Positions 59,975 through 64,000 of a DNA stretch of 64,000 nucleotides are shown piece by piece. The translations under genes were made by a program, and so were the position numbers. The DNA lies in the IMG/VR virus record IMGVR_UViG_3300045978_000375, positions 1-64,000 of that record; one strand, given 5' to 3'. The DNA is from a virus. How positions within the stretch are numbered: the stretch's first letter is position 1; every line of letters begins with the position of its first letter. A model generated the notes under the pieces. It was not told where the DNA came from. It worked only from the letters and a program-made list of their open reading frames with translations, and did not search any database.

Positions 59975-60849
59975 TGGCCATGCCAGCGCTCCCGGCCAGT
60001 ATCCATGAGCCTCCCCCGCTCGACGAGGTGATCCTGCGCCTTGCCCAAACGATGGCGGAGAGCATCGGCGAGCAGGTGGGGGACGTGCTCGCGCGTACGA
60101 AGAGCAAGTCGTGGATGCTCGGCCGCCTCCGCCGAGCCTACCAGGGCACGAAGACCGACGACGAGATCCGGGCCGCCATGGACCGGCTCGCCCGGCAGCA
60201 CCACCGGTCTGCCCCTCGCACCGAGGTGACGGTGACCGAGCTCCCAAGAGAGCAACGCTGGCTGGAATACTCCCAAAACCCCATCTGGCAGTCCCGCGTG
60301 CTCGAGCTCGGCGGGATCCTCGCCTACCCGATGACCGCCCGAGAGATCATCGACCGAGCGGCAGTCGTGCTCCGGTGGAACGAAAACCCGGTCAAGCAGT
60401 CGCTCGCGGCCTGCGAGATCTACGGCGAAGCCTGGTACGATCCGGCATTCAACTTCTGGCAGCGAACCCCTGAAAGGATCCTGATGGCGAACAGCAAGGG
60501 CAAAACGGTGCGGGTGCAGCGGCACCTGCCGGTCAAGGTAACGGACGAGGGCGAGCTCAAGCGGCGCCTGAGCAGGATCGACACCGAGGCCGAAGCGCTC
60601 GAAGCGAGCCTTGCTGAGGAGAGGCGCCGCGTCGCGGCCGAGCTCAAACGGCTCGTCGACAAGCGCGAGCGCACGCTCGAGAGCTGGAAGACTGGGGTCG
60701 AAACCCAGCTCGTCGAGTGCGAGGAACGCTGGTCCTACCAGGATCGCGAGGTCACGACCGTGCGCAAGGACACGGGCGAGGTGGTCGAGCGGCGTGAGAT
60801 GACGGCCGAGGAGCTTCAGCTCCGGATGCCCGAGCAGGCGACTACCTGA
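59974..60849 (+). CDS. hypothetical protein with C-terminal coiled coil
   Basis: Internal ATG overlaps the upstream stop. 291 aa. Confidence 0.5.
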   Translation: MAMPALPASIHEPPPLDEVILRLAQTMAESIGEQVGDVLARTKSKSWMLGRLRRAYQGTKTDDEIRAAMDRLARQHHRSAPRTEVTVTELPREQRWLEYSQNPIWQSRVLELGGILAYPMTAREIIDRAAVVLRWNENPVKQSLAACEIYGEAWYDPAFNFWQRTPERILMANSKGKTVRVQRHLPVKVTDEGELKRRLSRIDTEAEALEASLAEERRRVAAELKRLVDKRERTLESWKTGVETQLVECEERWSYQDREVTTVRKDTGEVVERREMTAEELQLRMPEQATT

Positions 60850-60855
60850 GAGTCG

Positions 60856-61230
60856 TTATGGAGACACCCGCGCTTCGAACTCAAACTCCGGTACGCTCAC
60901 CCCGAGCTTCTCTTCCAGCCAAGTTGCAACCATTCGACGGTGGCACCAGTTCTTCACGTCGTCGAGGGGCGGCTTCTCCCAGCACATGAGGTGGGGTTCG
61001 GCGCCTCCGGCGAGCTTGTGCAGGCGCTCCCAGATGTCGGTGGGGTCGAGCAGCCTGAGCACCTCTTCGTTGTAGAGCTCGATGTAGCGCTCCCGCGAGA
61101 CGCTGTTGAACCAGGGCCCGGGGGCGAGCGCCTTGAAGATCTTGTACCCAGGTGGGCACCCGCGGGGCGTGAACCTCGCGATCGAGATGCGGCCGGGGCC
61201 GCCGTAGGTTTTGAACGAGGCTGTTTTCAT
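60856..61230 (-). CDS. DUF488-like protein
   Basis: Internal ATG with an AGGAGA RBS. ...LMCWEKPP...WCHRRMVATWLEEKLG resembles the DUF488 C-terminal motif. Confidence 0.5.
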   Translation of the reverse strand: MKTASFKTYGGPGRISIARFTPRGCPPGYKIFKALAPGPWFNSVSRERYIELYNEEVLRLLDPTDIWERLHKLAGGAEPHLMCWEKPPLDDVKNWCHRRMVATWLEEKLGVSVPEFEFEARVSP

Positions 61231-61318
61231 GAGTTCTCCTTTCACCGGCTGGTTTGAGCCGGCGGTCCCGCGGGCGACGTGCCGAGTCGCCTGAATCGGG
61301 CGAACGCGGGTGTTTGGT

Positions 61319-62221
61319 CTAAGCCGCCGCCGAGCGGCCAACGGAGGCCGCCCTCAGCGACAGGCGCAGCTTCGACAGCTGCTTCTCGATGAGCTCGAGC
61401 TGGTCGGCAACCGTTTCGGCGCGCGACGGTGAGACGCGCGCGACGATCACGGCCTCGTTGTCCTGGAAGCCGTCGCACAGGACGGCGACCAGGCGCTCGA
61501 TCTTCTTGTCGAGCGCGGTCAACACGGCCCGCTCCTCGTCGGTCGGACCCATGCTGGCGAACATCGACGCCTGCTCGACGGGCGCCTGAAGCGCCGCTGG
61601 CCTGCCCTGCTGCTCCTGGGACTGAAGCCACATCGTCGTCGCCCGCAGCTGCTGGTAGGTCGGGCACTTGCCGTCCCGGATGGCCTGCCAGAGTACCCGC
61701 TGGTACGCGTGCCCGAGGCGCGCCATCTCGAACGCCTGCGATGGCGCGAGTACCTGCTTGGCGAGCGCGTCCTGGTACTCGGGCGCGAGCCTGAGGAGCG
61801 CGACACGCTCCGTGATGCGGTGCGCCTGCTTGATGCCGAGCCGGCGCGCGAGCTCTTCGACCGAAACCCCTTGATCGAGCCTGCGCTGGAACGCGAGCGC
61901 CTCCTCGAGCGGCGTGATGTCCTTCCGCTGTAGGTTCTCGATGATGGCGCGGTCCGCGAGGTCCTGGTCGTCCGTCTCCTCGACGATGCAGGCGATGGTC
62001 GCCCACCCGAGTCGGAGGTGGGCGCGGTAGCGGCGCTCGCCGCAGACGATCTCGAACTCACCGCCATCGACTGGGCGGACCCGTATGGGCGTGAGCAGGC
62101 CGTGCTCCTTGATGGTCGCGGCGAGCTCGTCGAGCGCCGTCTCGTCGAAGTGTTTCCGCGGCTGGTTCGGGTTCGGCCGAACGTTCGCGATGGGGAGGAC
62201 GCGGTACCCAGTGCGAGCCAT
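61319..62221 (-). CDS. parB: ParB/Spo0J-family protein
   Basis: NPNQPRKHFDETALDELAATIKEHGLLTPIRV...IVCGERRYRA plus an HTH. No parA seen. Confidence 0.85.
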   Translation of the reverse strand: MARTGYRVLPIANVRPNPNQPRKHFDETALDELAATIKEHGLLTPIRVRPVDGGEFEIVCGERRYRAHLRLGWATIACIVEETDDQDLADRAIIENLQRKDITPLEEALAFQRRLDQGVSVEELARRLGIKQAHRITERVALLRLAPEYQDALAKQVLAPSQAFEMARLGHAYQRVLWQAIRDGKCPTYQQLRATTMWLQSQEQQGRPAALQAPVEQASMFASMGPTDEERAVLTALDKKIERLVAVLCDGFQDNEAVIVARVSPSRAETVADQLELIEKQLSKLRLSLRAASVGRSAAA

Positions 62222-62670
62222 CAGAGCACCTCCGTCACGCTGGTCTCGCCGTCTCGCGCTAGGATCACGTGGTCGAGCAGCGCCACCCCAAGCTCTTCGC
62301 TGAGGGCCTTCAGCCGCTTCGTCATCACGACGTCCTCGTGGCTCGCCCTCGGGTCTCCCGACGGGTGGTTGTGCGCCATCACGAACGCCCGCGCGTTCGC
62401 TAGGATGGCTCCCCGGAACACGTCAGCGGCCAGAAGAGCAGCCCCGCAGCGACCGCCTCGGGCGAGCACCTCGTAGCCGACCACGTGCCCCCGCCCGTCG
62501 AGGTAAGCGGCGTGCACTTCCTCGTGCGGCAGGAGCCGGATGCCCTCGAACAAGCTCACGGTCTGCCGGAACGTCTGCACCGACGGCTCCCGCACCATCA
62601 GCGGGCTCCCCTCCCGTACGAGCCGGCAGGTGTAGCGCGGCACCTCGTGGAGCAAGGCCTGCTGGTTCAT
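62221..62670 (-). CDS. radC: RadC-like JAB-domain protein
   Basis: Internal ATG chosen. HNHPSGDPRASHEDVVMTKRL is the JAMM/RadC signature. ATGA overlap with parB. Confidence 0.8.
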   Translation of the reverse strand: MNQQALLHEVPRYTCRLVREGSPLMVREPSVQTFRQTVSLFEGIRLLPHEEVHAAYLDGRGHVVGYEVLARGGRCGAALLAADVFRGAILANARAFVMAHNHPSGDPRASHEDVVMTKRLKALSEELGVALLDHVILARDGETSVTEVL

Positions 62671-63059
62671 TTCCCCGCCTCCGGGTTCCGGTCCAGCCAC
62701 TCGCGCGTGATGACGAGGTCGAATGGGATGCCACGGCTCTGCAACCACACCTCGCCCGCAGGGTGGCCCGCAAACGCGAGCTCCTGGTGGTGACGGATGC
62801 GGTTCACGCGCTCCTGCTCCTCGTTCGAGCGGAAGTAGAGGGTGCGCCACTCGAGCCATGACGCCTGGGACGCGGCCGAGCGCAGCTTGTCCTCGAGCAC
62901 CGCCAACCCGCCCTCCCAATTCGGGCCCGCCAGCTCCTGCACCTGCCGGAACTCGGCGAGCAGCCGGTCGAGCTTCTCCGAAAACTGCCGGCAGCGCTTC
63001 GCCACCTTCGGATTTCCGAGCGCTTTCAGCTCGGGCATGCGGTCTGCTACGTTTCTCAT
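62667..63059 (-). CDS. hypothetical protein, first gene of the reversed operon
   Basis: 130 aa, ATGA-coupled to radC. Confidence 0.5.
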   Translation of the reverse strand: MRNVADRMPELKALGNPKVAKRCRQFSEKLDRLLAEFRQVQELAGPNWEGGLAVLEDKLRSAASQASWLEWRTLYFRSNEEQERVNRIRHHQELAFAGHPAGEVWLQSRGIPFDLVITREWLDRNPEAGK

Positions 63060-63125
63060 GTCGGTGTCCCTTTCACCGGCCGGCCCCGGGCAGCGCCAAC
63101 TGCGCCGGGGCGACCTTCAAAACCT

Positions 63126-63143
63126 CCGAGCGGCTTCGCTCGG
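63126..63143 (-). promoter_or_regulatory. leader hairpin followed by a short U-tract
   Basis: CCGAGCG-gctt-CGCTCGG gives a 7-bp stem. On the minus-strand RNA it is followed by AGGUUUUG. Confidence 0.3.
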
Positions 63144-63163
63144 GCAACGGGTGATTCCGTTGT

Positions 63164-63200
63164 GGTGAGTTGAATCTAACTCACCTACCCACCCGTGCAA
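63164..63200 (-). promoter_or_regulatory. promoter with overlapping palindromic operator for the reversed operon
   Basis: On the minus strand: TTGCAC, 16 nt, TAGATT. The perfect inverted repeat GGTGAGTT-gaatct-AACTCACC (63164-63185) covers the -10 element. Confidence 0.4.
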
Positions 63201-63486
63201 GGGAAAAGCGAGCAACTCCGCCGATTTATCCTCCGCTCGGCAACCGTCACCCCGCTGGGTTACCAACGCGACCGGACAACGCGCGAGAACGCGCTCTTGC
63301 GGCGAAGGTGTCAAGCCATTTTTCTGTCAGCATGCTTTGGGCCATCAGGGTCACGCGCGAGCCCGGGCTTTAGGAGGATCTCGCACGCGCGCGCCTGTGC
63401 GCGTTCTGCGCTCCAAGCATCGGATCGATGCGCCGCCTGACCAGGGCGGAGAGCCTGCCTCGTAAGCAGGGGAGCGCTCCCTGGTC

Positions 63487-64000
63487 ATGCTGTTCATTGG
63501 CGCGATACCGCGACCGGTGGTCGAGCAAGCCCTGAAGGTCGTGGACCTCAGCGGGGTGGAGGACGTGTTCGTTTGCTGCTCGGGTTCCTTCCGGCTCGAG
63601 CAGGCGCTCGCGGCGCGCTTCAAGGACGTGCGGGTCCATTCGAACGACGTCTCGCTGCTCTCGACGGCGCTCGGGCGGTACGCAACCGGCAACCCGCTCG
63701 CTTGGCAGTTCCATGGCAGGCTCGAGTTTCTCGAGCGCTTCGGTCGGCACGACCCGCTCGAGCGCCTCGCGGCCCTCGCGGTCGCGGTCCGGTGCGGGCA
63801 CTTCGCTGGTAAAAACGCCTTCGCGCGCTCGCACTTTGCCCACTACGAGGCGAACGCCGACGACTACGTGGCCGGCCAGAAGGCGAAGCTCTCGAGCTAC
63901 CTCGCCAGGCTCAGGCTCGCGAGTTTTACGGCCCGGGACTTCCGTGAGCACGCGCGGGCCGCCGTCGCTGCTGGGGCCTGGGTGTTCGCCTGGCCGCCGA
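63487..64000 (+). CDS. DNA methyltransferase-like protein, 3' end outside window
   Basis: Hand translation is open from the ATG at 63487 to the window end. VFVCCSGSFRLE resembles motif I and the final ...WVFAWPP resembles an (S/N/D)PP(Y/F/W) motif. Not in the ORF track because it has no stop. Confidence 0.4.
   Translation, partial: MLFIGAIPRPVVEQALKVVDLSGVEDVFVCCSGSFRLEQALAARFKDVRVHSNDVSLLSTALGRYATGNPLAWQFHGRLEFLERFGRHDPLERLAALAVAVRCGHFAGKNAFARSHFAHYEANADDYVAGQKAKLSSYLARLRLASFTARDFREHARAAVAAGAWVFAWPP

Larger units (their letters stand above)
1..64000. mobile_element. Temperate contractile-tailed phage genome or prophage segment (whole window)
   Basis: Uninterrupted phage gene order: terminase, portal, MuF, protease, capsid, sheath, tube, tape measure, baseplate, fibres, lysis, recombination, CI/Cro switch, xis-int, DnaB. 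No host housekeeping gene recognised. Confidence 0.85.

Noticed and set aside
61319-62221. A ParABS partition system implying a plasmid prophage.
   Set aside because: No ParA/Walker ATPase gene was seen, and I could not spot a parS-like palindrome. ParB-like proteins without ParA are common in phages in other roles.
61237-63080. A shared CCTTTCACCGGC element upstream of two minus-strand start codons (near 61237 and 63068).
   Set aside because: On the coding strand it reads GCCGGTGAAAGG(A/G), which is essentially a Shine-Dalgarno context. With only two short copies, this is insufficient to call a regulatory motif.
63164-63185. A tRNA or other structured RNA gene in the 427-bp intergenic region.
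   Set aside because: Only a single 8-bp stem with a 6-nt loop is present. There is no cloverleaf arrangement and no GTTCRANYC T-loop. The position over a -10 hexamer fits an operator better.
1-64000. A transposable Mu-like phage (transposase A/B genes, terminal att repeats).
   Set aside because: Only the morphogenesis genes are Mu-like. I found no DDE transposase or MuB-like ATPase. The phage has a tyrosine integrase, an excisionase-like gene and DnaB-based replication instead.

Overview
Composition was judged by eye, not computed. The window is very GC-rich, roughly two-thirds G+C or more, with a strong G/C bias at third codon positions. It reads as phage from end to end, and I saw no host housekeeping gene.

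Gene order, left to right:
- ParB-like gene, small terminase and large terminase (about 0.3-3.2 kb).
- An unusual ~7-kb cassette of fibre-like and repeat proteins (3.2-10.4 kb).
- A Mu-type head module: DUF935-like portal, MuF protein, gpI-like protease/scaffold, decoration-like protein and major capsid.
- Connector genes, then sheath, tube, chaperone and tape measure.
- A Mu/P2-type baseplate interrupted by three non-canonical genes.
- A fibre cluster (one protein with Asp-box repeats) and a lysis cassette that ends with a receiver-domain protein.
- A leftward early operon with a Cas4-like exonuclease and a RecT-like annealing protein.
- A CI/Cro-type switch with duplicated promoter-operator modules.
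- A rightward early operon: pentapeptide-repeat protein, ASCH protein, small C5-methyltransferase-like protein, xis-int and candidate attP.
- A replication module: RuvC-like, initiator-like and DnaB.
- A reversed DUF488/ParB/RadC operon and a truncated methyltransferase-like gene at the right edge.

Most neighbouring genes are joined by 1- or 4-nt stop/start overlaps (ATGA, GTGA, TGATG), and I used these overlaps to choose start codons.

The observations most worth follow-up:
- The MuF protein carries a C-terminal R-S-E ADP-ribosyltransferase toxin domain, with a convergent small ORF that may encode immunity.
- An early pentapeptide-repeat protein is encoded by a near-perfect 22 x 15-bp array.
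- A three-repeat proline-rich ORF follows the baseplate spike, followed by a lipoprotein and a membrane-protein gene inside the baseplate module.
- An intact receiver domain sits in the lysis cassette.
- The OL/OR-like operator architecture has apparently leaderless first genes.
- Two short tandem repeats with unit lengths not divisible by three lie inside early and replication genes.

All functional calls rest on motifs I recognised by eye and on synteny. No database search was run.
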